From Tolypothrix carrinoi HA7290-LM1 (lineage in GTDB: Bacteria; Cyanobacteriota; Cyanobacteriia; Cyanobacteriales; Nostocaceae), in the NCBI GenBank assembly GCA_019358935.1, contig JAHHIK010000077.1:1-40679 (forward strand): a stretch of 40,679 nt of DNA. The letters are read 5' to 3'. Made by a program: the position numbers and the translations under genes. Positions 1 to 9,210 of this stretch are shown here, piece after piece (positions within the stretch are counted from its first letter, which is position 1; the number at the start of each line of letters is the position of its first letter). The notes beneath the pieces were generated by a model, which was given only the letters and a program-made list of their open reading frames with translations, did no database searches and was not told the DNA's origin.

Positions 1-143
1 CATTGCCCATTGCCCATTGCCCATTGCCCATTGCCCATTGCCCATTGCCCATTGCCCATTGCCCATTGCCCATTGCCCATTGCCCATTGCCCATTGCCCA
101 TTGCCCATTGCCCATTGCCCATTGCCCCATGCCCAATGCCCAC
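1..143. repeat. STRR heptamer array (CATTGCC)x18 plus degenerate tail, running off the window start
   Basis: Perfect 7-bp period over 1-126. It lies just 3' of the hglT stop. Confidence 0.97.
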
Positions 144-146
144 TTT

Positions 147-1412
147 CTAGGCAGCCTTTACCTCAACCCGATTCGATGCTTGAACAACTTCATAGAGTTT
201 ATCTTCAAATTTTTGCGAACATGCAGACCAATCGAAATCAAGTATGGATGGGCGTGCCTGCCGTGTCAATTCTTCTTTGAAAGCGGGATTTTCCAGGATT
301 GCAATTACCTTTTCGGCGAAATCTTCTGCGTTATTAGGTTCGGCTAGCAAACCGTTGACACCGGGAAATATCTGCTCTGTAGTTGAAGGTGCATAGACTG
401 CAACAACCGGGGTTCCGGAAGCTAGAGCTTCGTTAGTGGTGGTGCAGAAGTTTTCTGTGACGGAGGGGTTGACAAATATGTCTGCTCGTGCAAACCAGCC
501 TAACAGTTCTTTTCCGTGGGACTCACCCCAGACGGTAACACCAGATTTAAACTTTTGAGCGCGTCTTTTGACTTCCTCATCAGCCGGACCGCTACCAACG
601 ATGACTAGATGAACGTTAGGAATTTTAGCAGCAATGAGGGGAAATGCATCTAAAAGTTGAGTGACATTCTTTTCTGGGGTAATGCGTCCGACAAAAAGTA
701 GCGTTGGGCGATCGTCGTTAGGAATCGGGTTATAAATAATGTTTTGGGGGTGAAATTTTTCGCAATCAATACCTTGATAGGGAAGATATTCACTGCGTTG
801 AGAATTCAGGCTTTGATATTTTTTCAATTGTTCCCGCGAAGAGAAGTAATTGACATCATAAGCCTCACTCATTTGCTTAACCAAAGTGGGAAGAATTGGA
901 CGAAATAAGTTGAAAATTACGTCTCCCAAGTAATATCGGATATAAGCAATGATATCGGTATGGAAAACAGATATGATTGGTGTGCCGGTTCGCTTTGCAT
1001 ATTCGGTTCCAATCGGACGACCGTAACCTTGCAAGAAAAGCGAGTAACATCCTCTCATTTGCGGTGCTTCTTCAACCACTACAATGTCAGGCTGGAATTT
1101 TTCCAACAACTCAGTATCACTCCAATACCGATTGTGCATCGGTTGCGGAAGAGACTTGTATAACATCAACGGTTGTGATGGAAATGCATAAGAAGAAAAT
1201 TTGGGAAAAACTCTTAATTCTTCTAACCCAGCCATCGGACGCGAGCCAACATTTTTTGGGTATTTGTCGTTAAATTCTGGATGAATAAGAAAAACTTCGT
1301 GTCCTTGCTGTAACAACCAGCGAACTCGTTGGTGTACTGCAATAGAAACTCCTGTCAGGAAGGGAGCATACAATCCTGTCAACAGCGCAATGCGAAGCGG
1401 TTGCTTTTTCAT
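147..1412 (-). CDS. hglT: GT4 glycosyltransferase, heterocyst glycolipid synthase HglT (421 aa)
   Basis: GT-B motifs (FVGRITPEKNV, ENFCTTTNEALASGTPVV). Start taken at ATG 1412 (MKKQPLRIA). Terminal position in the hgl island. Confidence 0.85.
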   Translation of the reverse strand: MKKQPLRIALLTGLYAPFLTGVSIAVHQRVRWLLQQGHEVFLIHPEFNDKYPKNVGSRPMAGLEELRVFPKFSSYAFPSQPLMLYKSLPQPMHNRYWSDTELLEKFQPDIVVVEEAPQMRGCYSLFLQGYGRPIGTEYAKRTGTPIISVFHTDIIAYIRYYLGDVIFNLFRPILPTLVKQMSEAYDVNYFSSREQLKKYQSLNSQRSEYLPYQGIDCEKFHPQNIIYNPIPNDDRPTLLFVGRITPEKNVTQLLDAFPLIAAKIPNVHLVIVGSGPADEEVKRRAQKFKSGVTVWGESHGKELLGWFARADIFVNPSVTENFCTTTNEALASGTPVVAVYAPSTTEQIFPGVNGLLAEPNNAEDFAEKVIAILENPAFKEELTRQARPSILDFDWSACSQKFEDKLYEVVQASNRVEVKAA

Positions 1413-1541
1413 AATTCCAATAAAGAAAGGGTATTTTTTATCAGAGAGAAACACTACGATCGCTCTAATAAAAGTTGGACTTAGGATTTACGCATTGACA
1501 CAGATTTCAAATTGTACAGAGTATTTGTACTCTGCTCCCCT

Positions 1542-1719
1542 GTAATGAGCGCTTCAGCGTTTAATTATTGAGCGCTTCAACGCTCACCCTTCGGGTTCGC
1601 CAGTCGCTCATGGGGGAGACCACGCCAGATGCTTCAAGCCGGGAGACCCGTCCAACGCACTGGCTCCCCTTGGCGTTAGCCTCTCCCTTTGGGAGAAGAC
1701 CGCGCTGGCTCACTACAAA
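1542..1719. repeat. Nested palindromic small dispersed repeats (REP/SDR-like composite)
   Basis: A GTAATGAGCGC...GCTCACTAC shell encloses GCCAGTCGC...GCGCTGGC, which encloses a 49-bp unit (1621-1669) homologous to the three units at 32491-32684. Confidence 0.75.
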
Positions 1720-1745
1720 CTCAATATTTCTATTTTTATCGCGCT

Positions 1746-1910
1746 TACTACCGTATCGGCATCAACTAAGGCAACTACCTTGTAGGAATTATTTAATTCT
1801 AAGACGGTTTGGACGATAGAACTGCATTTGAAACTGCAATTTTTGCGTACTATTGTCAAATAACTAATTTGGACGTTGGTTGCTTGTTGCTTTTGAATAG
1901 TATCGCTAGT
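1746..1910 (-). pseudogene. Internal fragment of a GT2 glycosyltransferase paralog of 2444-3697
   Basis: Manual translation QQATNVQISYLTIVRKNCSFKCSSIVQTVLELNNSYKVVALVDADT aligns with QQAAINVQISPLKMRRHNCSLKCSSLVQAISELDDSYSFVALIDTDT. No start codon. Confidence 0.85.
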
Positions 1911-1921
1911 TTGTACATTTT

Positions 1922-2037
1922 TGGCGTTGCTGATAACTAATTGAATTTGGTGATGTCAACATTGGGATCTAGCCCTCTGTAGAAGCAATTCATGAATTGC
2001 TTCTACGCTCATTCATACCTCAATTGGTGCAACGCCA
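1922..2037. mobile_element. MITE-like element
   Basis: Terminal IR TGGCGTTGC/GCAACGCCA, flanking CATTTT direct repeats, and an internal perfect 28-bp palindrome GTAGAAGCAATTCATGAATTGCTTCTAC (1979-2006). Confidence 0.65.
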
Positions 2038-2052
2038 CATTTTTAATCACCT

Positions 2053-2241
2053 TTACGCGATTGATTTACAAAGGTGAGTTAATAGTGCGATATTCAGCGG
2101 TGTTGTGAATGCATCAGCGGAAAAATTAGGGAAAGACTGTAACAACCATAAAATCCACTGGTGTACAGCGATGTAAATCCCCAATAACAAAATAATAGCT
2201 AATCCCGTAAAAATCGCCGTGCGATGAGATTGCTTTTTCAT
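2053..2241 (-). pseudogene. Truncated hglT paralog (62-codon ORF); remnant or small membrane protein
   Basis: MKKQSHRTAIFTGL...IAVHQWILWLLQSFPNFSADAF aligns with HglT MKKQPLRIALLTGL...IAVHQRVRWLLQ//FPKFSSYAF, with an internal in-frame deletion. Confidence 0.75.
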
Positions 2242-2443
2242 AGAAGGAAATATTTCATCAAAATGCTGCTTTTGGTGTGGATGGATTGAGGATTTACGCA
2301 GCAAATATTTGATGAAAATCCTGATGTATCTGCGCTAACAATCACAGATACATTTAGATTTATAAATTATGCATTTACAAATCGGGTAAGTTATGATTTT
2401 ATTTGAGGCGTTTTCACGTTTATTTTAAGCACTGAAGTGCTTA

Positions 2444-3697
2444 CTACAGAGAAAGTTTATTCTCACCAGATTGATCGGAAAGTTGATAAGGGTGGTATTT
2501 TACTAAGCGGATGTTCCAAGGTCCTTTGACTTCATAAGAAACGCCGCGCCAATTGACTGTTGATGTCCGCAAAGATGATAAAAAGGCTAATCCATAAACC
2601 CACTGTGTTAGGGGAATTGCTATCAGCATTTTCATGAGGATGAAAAATGATAGTTTTGTCGTGATTTTATCTGGAAAATGAATTACTTGGTGTACGCCTT
2701 TTTCTAATCCCAGCATGAGAAAAAGTAAACCGATGGTATAGATAGCGAAGCTGCTAAAGCACAAAGATGCTGCATCCGATTCTCCGCTCAAAAACGCCAC
2801 TAAACCTAACAGGATGACGAGGGTAGGTACTAAGATACTAGAAACAACATCACCAATCACCGCTGACCATAAAGGATGATAAAGTCGAGAAGAAAGTATT
2901 TGGCGTTGAAGACAACTGAGTAAGCTGGGTAAATCGCATTCTTCCCGATTCAACATCAAAGAAGGAACAAATTTAACTTGCATTTTCTGTTTTTTTAAAA
3001 CTTTGCATAGCAGCTTATCTTCGTTTAATGCTTGTCCCCATTTATCTAGCAGTCCTGTTTCTCGAAATAGTTCTGTTTTTAGCGCCAAATTACCACCCCA
3101 AGGAATGCGGAAGAGGAACATCTGTACAACGGTGGATATGTTGCCTTGGTAGCGTACCATAGATCCCCAATAGTTACCTGTGGGTACGTACCAACGGTTT
3201 CCAGTTGTGATGCCTATTTTGGGATGAGTCAGAGGAGTGACTAGTTCACGCAGCCAATTGGGATGGGGTATCGTATCGGTGTCGATGAGGGCAACAAATG
3301 AGTAGGAATCGTCCAACTCAGAGATAGCTTGCACTAGGGAACTGCATTTGAGACTGCAATTGTGGCGCCGCATTTTTAAAGGGCTGATTTGGACGTTGAT
3401 TGCTGCTTGTTGGCTGATATCAGTGGCGATTTTCCAAGCTGGATCTTCGTAACTATCGACGATTAACTTTAAATCATACTGTGGATAGTTTTGGTTTAAG
3501 AGCGATCGCAAACAATTCGACAAAAACGGATCGGCTCCGCGTAAGCAAAGAATTACCGCCGTTTTCGGCAACTGGTCATCTGCTAAGATGTTTTTGCTCT
3601 TTGAGTGCAAGTCAAACAAAAAAGCAACCGCTAAAAACATCTGTATAGCTAGCCAACCCAGCAAAGATTTAGACAGGAATATCGCCAGTTCTATCAT
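2444..3697 (-). CDS. Membrane GT2 glycosyltransferase (ceramide glucosyltransferase-like), hgl island
   Basis: N-terminal TM segment, VILCLRGAD, DTD (DxD), WGG, NED and RQ motifs, C-terminal TM segments. Confidence 0.85.
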   Translation of the reverse strand: MIELAIFLSKSLLGWLAIQMFLAVAFLFDLHSKSKNILADDQLPKTAVILCLRGADPFLSNCLRSLLNQNYPQYDLKLIVDSYEDPAWKIATDISQQAAINVQISPLKMRRHNCSLKCSSLVQAISELDDSYSFVALIDTDTIPHPNWLRELVTPLTHPKIGITTGNRWYVPTGNYWGSMVRYQGNISTVVQMFLFRIPWGGNLALKTELFRETGLLDKWGQALNEDKLLCKVLKKQKMQVKFVPSLMLNREECDLPSLLSCLQRQILSSRLYHPLWSAVIGDVVSSILVPTLVILLGLVAFLSGESDAASLCFSSFAIYTIGLLFLMLGLEKGVHQVIHFPDKITTKLSFFILMKMLIAIPLTQWVYGLAFLSSLRTSTVNWRGVSYEVKGPWNIRLVKYHPYQLSDQSGENKLSL

Positions 3698-3723
3698 TAA
3701 ATTTATTGCCTTTAAATGCAGTT

Positions 3724-4191
3724 TTATGGATCGAGTCCATATTTCATGTCTATGTTGACTGTGGTATTTTTCGAGAGCGAAAAACTAGCTTTGCTAAATT
3801 TTGGCGTACCCGTTGTGATTGATACTGTCGGATTATTGGAAATACCAAAGCCTTCTTTAGGGATGCCGAAAAAGTCTCTATTAAGTTGGCGATCGCCATT
3901 TTGATCGTCAACTACAGCTACAGCATAATTTCCCGGCTTCAAACCAGTAAATTGCTGTTTTAGAGAACTTACTGTAATTGGAAAGCAAGCACTTTTGACA
4001 ACATTCTTTGTACTTAAAGGAAATCCTTTTTCATTTGAGTAAATTCCTAAGCACAACTGACCTTTTTGATGTTTTATGCCATTAACTACTACAGTAAGTG
4101 TTATAGTTGGTTGGGCATTTGCTGTTTTAGCAAAGCTGGTGCTGACTAAAATAGCGAGTAACAAAGAACTGATTTTAGATAACTTCAACAT
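3724..4191 (-). CDS. DUF2141 family secreted protein
   Basis: Signal peptide; GNYAVAVVDDQNGD and PKEGFGISNNP motifs. Confidence 0.85.
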   Translation of the reverse strand: MLKLSKISSLLLAILVSTSFAKTANAQPTITLTVVVNGIKHQKGQLCLGIYSNEKGFPLSTKNVVKSACFPITVSSLKQQFTGLKPGNYAVAVVDDQNGDRQLNRDFFGIPKEGFGISNNPTVSITTGTPKFSKASFSLSKNTTVNIDMKYGLDP

Positions 4192-4231
4192 CAGTTATCG
4201 CTCCTGAATAGGTAATTTTTGCAATTATTTT

Positions 4232-4256
4232 GTAGAGGCACAACATATTGTGCCTC
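4232..4256. repeat. GTAG-type REP-like hairpin
   Basis: GTA followed by GAGGCACAA-CATA-TTGTGCCTC. Similar GTAG-led hairpins occur at 1979 and 34998. Confidence 0.55.
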
Positions 4257-4289
4257 ATTGCTTTTATTACACGCAAACAAAAACCACTA

Positions 4290-5279
4290 TTAATTGAAAG
4301 TTTTTATTTGCTGTTTTTGAATTGAATAGTTTCTCCAACGATTCCACAACATGTGAGCGGCTTTTGCCAAATCTTTAATTAAAAAAGATTCGTTCCCTCT
4401 GAGTTTTTTGTATAAACTAATATGACAAGATATTCGTTGATACAAATTCATTGGAAACAGCCATACGGAAAGAGTATATTCCCATAATATTCACCAATGT
4501 GGCAATAAAATTTGTCCTTCATTTGCCGAATCAAACCACACTGCATAAGCATAAAAATCAGGCAGCATATTCAAGGACAATTGTTGCTTGTTGTTAGTAA
4601 ACGACAAGTAATCGGGGAAAAACATACTCATTGATTGTTGCGGATGGACTCTGGCAAAAAACAGGCGATCGCCAATTTCATAAAACTTGCCAAGAATCCC
4701 CAGTCTTGACAATAAAATTCCATCTCCAAAACCGTAACTTCCCATCGGGGGTGTTATTCTTAAAGCACTAGCACGTATTACCCCGTAACATTGATAGCAT
4801 AAGTGCTTAGTCAGAAGCTCATGAAAACGCTCTTGGGGTTTTGGTGAATCTGTTTTCAGTTTGATATCATATGTGCGTAAGATATCACTGTTTTCGTCAA
4901 TCAAATATGCTTGAGAGTGACACAAAATTATTGACGGGTCTTTATCAAGTATTTCAATGCACCTACTGATAAAATCTGGAGCATGTAAATCATCATAAGC
5001 TGCCCACTTAAAATACTCCCCCGTAGACAATTCAAACACTCGATTGAAGTTAGGAGCGCACCCAATATTTCTTTCATTACGGTAATAACGGATGCGTTCG
5101 TCTTTGGTTGCGTATGTTCTACAAATTTCCTCTGTCTTGTCTGTTGATGCGTTATCGCAAATAATTAACTCGAAATCAGCAAACGTCTGAGCCAAAAGTG
5201 ATTCTATCGCTTCTTTGAGAAATTTTTCCCCATTATATACAGGTAGTCCAATACTCAATCGCGGCTGATTTTTGCTCAT
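4290..5279 (-). pseudogene. GT2 glycosyltransferase with one in-frame TGA at 4491-4493
   Basis: GT-A N-terminus (SIGLPVYNGE, DNASTD, YDD). The frame stays open for 66 codons after the TGA (ILWEYTLSVW...KTFN) to TAA at 4290-4292. Confidence 0.75.
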
Positions 5280-5289
5280 AGGATTACGC

Positions 5290-6294
5290 TTATTTCACGA
5301 TTTTTTGCAGGTCTGTCTGTTCAATCCATTCTTGTGTGCGTCGCATTCCTTCTGCTAAGTCAATTGTTGGTTGATAATTTAACAGAGTTTGTGCTTTAGT
5401 AATCGAATAGGCATAGGGACGGCTCATAAAATCTATAGATTCAGGCAGAATATCTGGTTCTTTCCGAAACAGTTTCTGTCCTTGACAGCGCAACTTGACA
5501 AATAATTTAATTTCATCTTTGGACATAGAAAAGGGTGCAGGTGCTTTGGCTATTTCTGCTAAACGCATGAAATAATCTTTCCAAGAAGTTTCTTGTCCGT
5601 CAGTAATATTAAATATTTCTCCGTGCGCTTCTTTTTCTATAGCTAAAAATATGGCATGAATCAAGTTATCTAGATATACATGATTCATGATTCCCTGACC
5701 ATCGTTTACGTAAGCAAATAGTTTTTGACGCATCAATAAAAGTGGTCGAACTATCCAAGGAATGCTTCCAGGTCCATAAACTTCTCCCGGTCTAATGATG
5801 ATGATGCCAAAATCTGGGGGAGAATTTAGTTGTAAAAGTGCCGTTTCTGCTTCTATTTTCGTTTCGCAGTAGGGATTTTTTTCCCCACAAAGGGGTCCAT
5901 CTTCGGTCACGCGATCGGGATAGTTGAAGCCGTAAACTAAACCGCTGGAAAGATGCACAAAGGTTTTAACACCAGCTTTTTTAGCGGCTTTAGCTATGTT
6001 GACGGTTCCGCTAACATTTATCTCTCGAAAACGGTCGATTGCCCCAGCTTCTTTGGCAAGTTCGGCTGTATGAAAAACTATGTCAACTTGTTCGCAAGCA
6101 ACTTCGGCAACAGCAGCATGATTAATATCACCTACCATCACCTCGGCACCCAATTGTTGCACTTTTTTCAAGTTATCTGGAGAACTTTGCAGTCCCCGGA
6201 CTTTCATTCCCTGCGCTATGGCTAGTTCAGCAGTACGCAAGCCGATAAATTGGTCAATACCGGTGATGAGGATGGTTTTGTTTTGGAGGTTCAT
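5290..6294 (-). CDS. NAD-dependent epimerase/dehydratase (extended SDR), hgl island
   Basis: ILITGIDQFIG (atypical Gly motif) and YCETK. Start at ATG 6294; the longer ORF-track N-terminus is translated STRR. Confidence 0.88.
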   Translation of the reverse strand: MNLQNKTILITGIDQFIGLRTAELAIAQGMKVRGLQSSPDNLKKVQQLGAEVMVGDINHAAVAEVACEQVDIVFHTAELAKEAGAIDRFREINVSGTVNIAKAAKKAGVKTFVHLSSGLVYGFNYPDRVTEDGPLCGEKNPYCETKIEAETALLQLNSPPDFGIIIIRPGEVYGPGSIPWIVRPLLLMRQKLFAYVNDGQGIMNHVYLDNLIHAIFLAIEKEAHGEIFNITDGQETSWKDYFMRLAEIAKAPAPFSMSKDEIKLFVKLRCQGQKLFRKEPDILPESIDFMSRPYAYSITKAQTLLNYQPTIDLAEGMRRTQEWIEQTDLQKIVK

Positions 6295-6295
6295 T

Positions 6296-6598
6296 ATTGG
6301 TTGTTGGGTGTTAGTTGATAGTTGATGGTTGATGGTTGATAGTTGATGGTTGATAGTTGATGGTTGATAGTTGATGGTTGATGGTTGATAGTTGATGGTT
6401 GATAGTTGATGGTTGATGGTTGATGGTTGATGGTTAATGGTTGATGGTTGATGGTTGTTGGGCATTGGGCATTGGGCAATGGGCATTGGTAATAATTCTT
6501 TTCCCCTTTCCCCTTTTCCCTTTCCCCTTTTCCCCTCTGAAAATTCCCACTATCCACTACCCACTAACAACTAACCACTATCAACTACCCAATATCTA
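6296..6598. repeat. Compound STRR block (TGGTTGA/TAGTTGA, GGGCATT, TTCCCCT, CCACTA units)
   Basis: Several adjacent 7-bp period arrays. Confidence 0.95.
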
Positions 6599-6600
6599 AT

Positions 6601-7779
6601 TTAAAAAATGTCTGCTGGGTCGGCGGAGCGGAGTTTATTAATTGCAAGTGTTCCAGAAGTAATACACATTAAAACTGTTGATACCAATACAATTAGTGCA
6701 TTATTCAAAGTCATCCTTATTGGCAAATTAGTAGCTTTCATTGCAAAGTCATATAAACCTAAGGAAAAAGCAAATCCCGGAATATAACTGAGAATTGCCA
6801 AGATTAAAGCTTGTTGAAAAACTACAATTAATAAATAATTATTCGCATAACCTATAGCTTTTAAAGTGGCGTAAGCAACGAATTGAGTAGCAATATTGCT
6901 GTAAAGAATTTGATAGACGATGACCACACCAACAACAGAAGCCATTGTTAGCATAAGGTTAAGGATAAAGCCAATCGGTGTTCTAATTGACCAATAATTT
7001 TTCTCAAAGTCAATAAAGCCTTGGTGAGTAAATATTTGGACATCATCAGGTAATTCTGCTCGCAAATGTGCTAAAACTGCTTCTGCATCAACACCAGGTT
7101 TAAGGGTAACAACACCCATATCTATCATTTCTGATGTACGGCTATTTGGATCTATTCTGAAGAAAGTTGAGTCACTAACAAGTAAACTTCCATCTACTCC
7201 AAAGGAGGGACCAAGGCTGAATAAACCACCCACTCTAACTCTGTAACCAGTTAATGCATTAAAGGGAAATATTTCAATTACTTGTTCTTTGTCTGATTTC
7301 TCAAAATTTGCGGCGATCGGTCCAAACTCTGGGCGAGAAAGTCGGTCAAAAAGCATCACGTCTGGAATTTTGAGTTTATCTAAATTTTGGTCAACTTCCG
7401 GTATATTCAAAACATTTCTACCTGGATCGATACCAATAACATATATTGAGTATTTCTCTCCGGTTTCGGGGTTTTTTAATTTAGCAAATTGTACATAGAT
7501 AGGGCTAACTGACTCTACACCATCAAATCCTAGTGCTTGAAACAAACGAGTGCGAGAAAAGCTTTGAGCCGATGTCAAAGATTTATATTGAGAACTAACT
7601 AAAAATAAATCTCCTCGCAAACTTTGATGTACTGCGGTAGCACTTGAATAAAGTGCATCTTGGAATCCAAGTTGGACAAACATCAGCAGCACAATAAATG
7701 CGATACCTGCTACAGCTACTAGAAAACGAACTTTTTGTTGAGCTAACTGAAGCCATGCTAAGGGAATTTTGAATGCCAT
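6601..7779 (-). CDS. hgdC: DevC-family ABC exporter permease
   Basis: KIPLAWLQL N-terminus, YATLKAIGY, and C-terminal KLRSADPADIF. Next to a DevB homolog in the hgl island. Confidence 0.85.
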   Translation of the reverse strand: MAFKIPLAWLQLAQQKVRFLVAVAGIAFIVLLMFVQLGFQDALYSSATAVHQSLRGDLFLVSSQYKSLTSAQSFSRTRLFQALGFDGVESVSPIYVQFAKLKNPETGEKYSIYVIGIDPGRNVLNIPEVDQNLDKLKIPDVMLFDRLSRPEFGPIAANFEKSDKEQVIEIFPFNALTGYRVRVGGLFSLGPSFGVDGSLLVSDSTFFRIDPNSRTSEMIDMGVVTLKPGVDAEAVLAHLRAELPDDVQIFTHQGFIDFEKNYWSIRTPIGFILNLMLTMASVVGVVIVYQILYSNIATQFVAYATLKAIGYANNYLLIVVFQQALILAILSYIPGFAFSLGLYDFAMKATNLPIRMTLNNALIVLVSTVLMCITSGTLAINKLRSADPADIF

Positions 7780-7781
7780 TA

Positions 7782-8005
7782 TTAGTTGTTAGTTGTTAAT
7801 TGTTAGTTGTTGGTTGTTGGTTGTTAGTTGTAGGATGTTAGTTGTTAGTTGTTAGTTGTAGTTGTTGGTTGTAAAAAAGTACTCATAACTACGCTCCCAC
7901 TATCCACTATCCACTATCAACTAACCAATAACCACTATCCACTATCCACTAACCAATAACCACTATCAACTAACCAATAACCACTAACTACTAACCAATA
8001 ACTAA
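7782..8005. repeat. Opposed STRR arrays (TTGTTAG)n then (CTAACCA/CTATCCA)n
   Basis: 7-bp periodicity with two halves of opposite polarity. Confidence 0.92.
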
Positions 8006-8007
8006 TG

Positions 8008-9210
8008 CTAGATTTTAATAGCGACATCTACTTGTAAGTTGGTTAAACGAGCAACTCGTTTACTATCTGCTGGATTGTCGAGGCGAATTTTTACTTTAAC
8101 TATTTTCCGGTCTGTATCCGATCCGGGATTGAGACTAAAGATATTTTGTTTGTCAATTTGCCAACCAATTTCACTTACAGTTCCCTGCAATGGTTGAGAA
8201 ATTGCAGGACTGGTAATGGTGGCTTTTTGACCGAGACGCACTTTTTGAATATCGGTTTGATAGACTTCTGCGACGACAAACATTTGCGATATTTTGCCTA
8301 TTTCCGCAAATCCAGAAGTGCTGATTACTTCTCCGGTTATGGCATGAATTTTCAAAATCTTTCCATCTATGGGAGATTTTATATAAGTTAAATCCATGTC
8401 TGCTTTTGCTTGAGCGATCGCTGTCATTGCACTTTTGACTTCGCTTTGTGCCAATTGAACATCTACAGGACGCACTTCTTTTATGCTTCCAAGTTTGGCT
8501 TTTTCCTGTTTTAGCTGGTCATTGAGAGTGTTGGTAGTGCGGTTGAGGGTAGCTTGAGCTTCTTCAAGTTGCTGTTGTACTGTCTTGAGTTGCAAAGTTT
8601 TACTATCTAATACTGAAGCAGCGATCGCACCTTCTTTAAATAATTGCTGGTATCGATTGTTCTCAGTTTCCGCATTTTCTAACTGCGCTTGAATGCGAGC
8701 GATGGTCGCTTGTTGAGTTGCGACTTCTCCTTTTAATTGCGACTCTAAACTAGCGATCGCTGCTTTTTGAGCATCGACATCTCCAGATTTAGCTCCTGCT
8801 CTTACCTGCCCTAATTTGGCTTGAGCAATTTGCAGTTTGTCTACAGACTGTTGCAAAGCTGATTTACTGCGAGCATAATCTTCTAGCAATGCCAATACTT
8901 GCCCTTTCTTAACCTGATCTCCTTCCTTCACTAACAGTTTTTCAACTCGCACACCATTAATTGAATGAGGAGCAGACAAATAAGTCACTTCACCTTCAGG
9001 TTCTATCCGTCCTAAGGCTGTAATAGCCACTCTTGCAGGGGCAGTTTTTGGCGGATTTACTGGCTGAGTTTGTGCTTTATATTCAGACGCAAATCTTGAA
9101 GAACCATAGAAAAATACTAGCCCGGTTGTTGCAGCAATTGAAGCTGCCAAAATTACTCGCCACCGACTTTGAGGTTTTTTAAATAAGTGGCTTTCTTTGT
9201 CTACTGACAT
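8008..9210 (-). CDS. hgdB: DevB-family (HlyD) membrane fusion protein
   Basis: N-terminal TM, ALGRIEPEGEV, LLVKEGDQV lipoyl-like half, coiled coil, AEVYQTDI, LTNLQVDV. Confidence 0.85.
   Translation of the reverse strand: MSVDKESHLFKKPQSRWRVILAASIAATTGLVFFYGSSRFASEYKAQTQPVNPPKTAPARVAITALGRIEPEGEVTYLSAPHSINGVRVEKLLVKEGDQVKKGQVLALLEDYARSKSALQQSVDKLQIAQAKLGQVRAGAKSGDVDAQKAAIASLESQLKGEVATQQATIARIQAQLENAETENNRYQQLFKEGAIAASVLDSKTLQLKTVQQQLEEAQATLNRTTNTLNDQLKQEKAKLGSIKEVRPVDVQLAQSEVKSAMTAIAQAKADMDLTYIKSPIDGKILKIHAITGEVISTSGFAEIGKISQMFVVAEVYQTDIQKVRLGQKATITSPAISQPLQGTVSEIGWQIDKQNIFSLNPGSDTDRKIVKVKIRLDNPADSKRVARLTNLQVDVAIKI

Noticed and set aside
3..347. ORFs with PIAHCPL, STINHQ, PITHYPL or PCPPC repeats (also near 6294-6557, 23690-23975, 32406-32899 and 34061-34594)
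   Set aside because: Translations of stop-free STRR arrays in several frames.
4491..4493. Selenocysteine recoding of the TGA
   Set aside because: Not a Cys-type catalytic position and no evident SECIS hairpin; a nonsense change or error is simpler.
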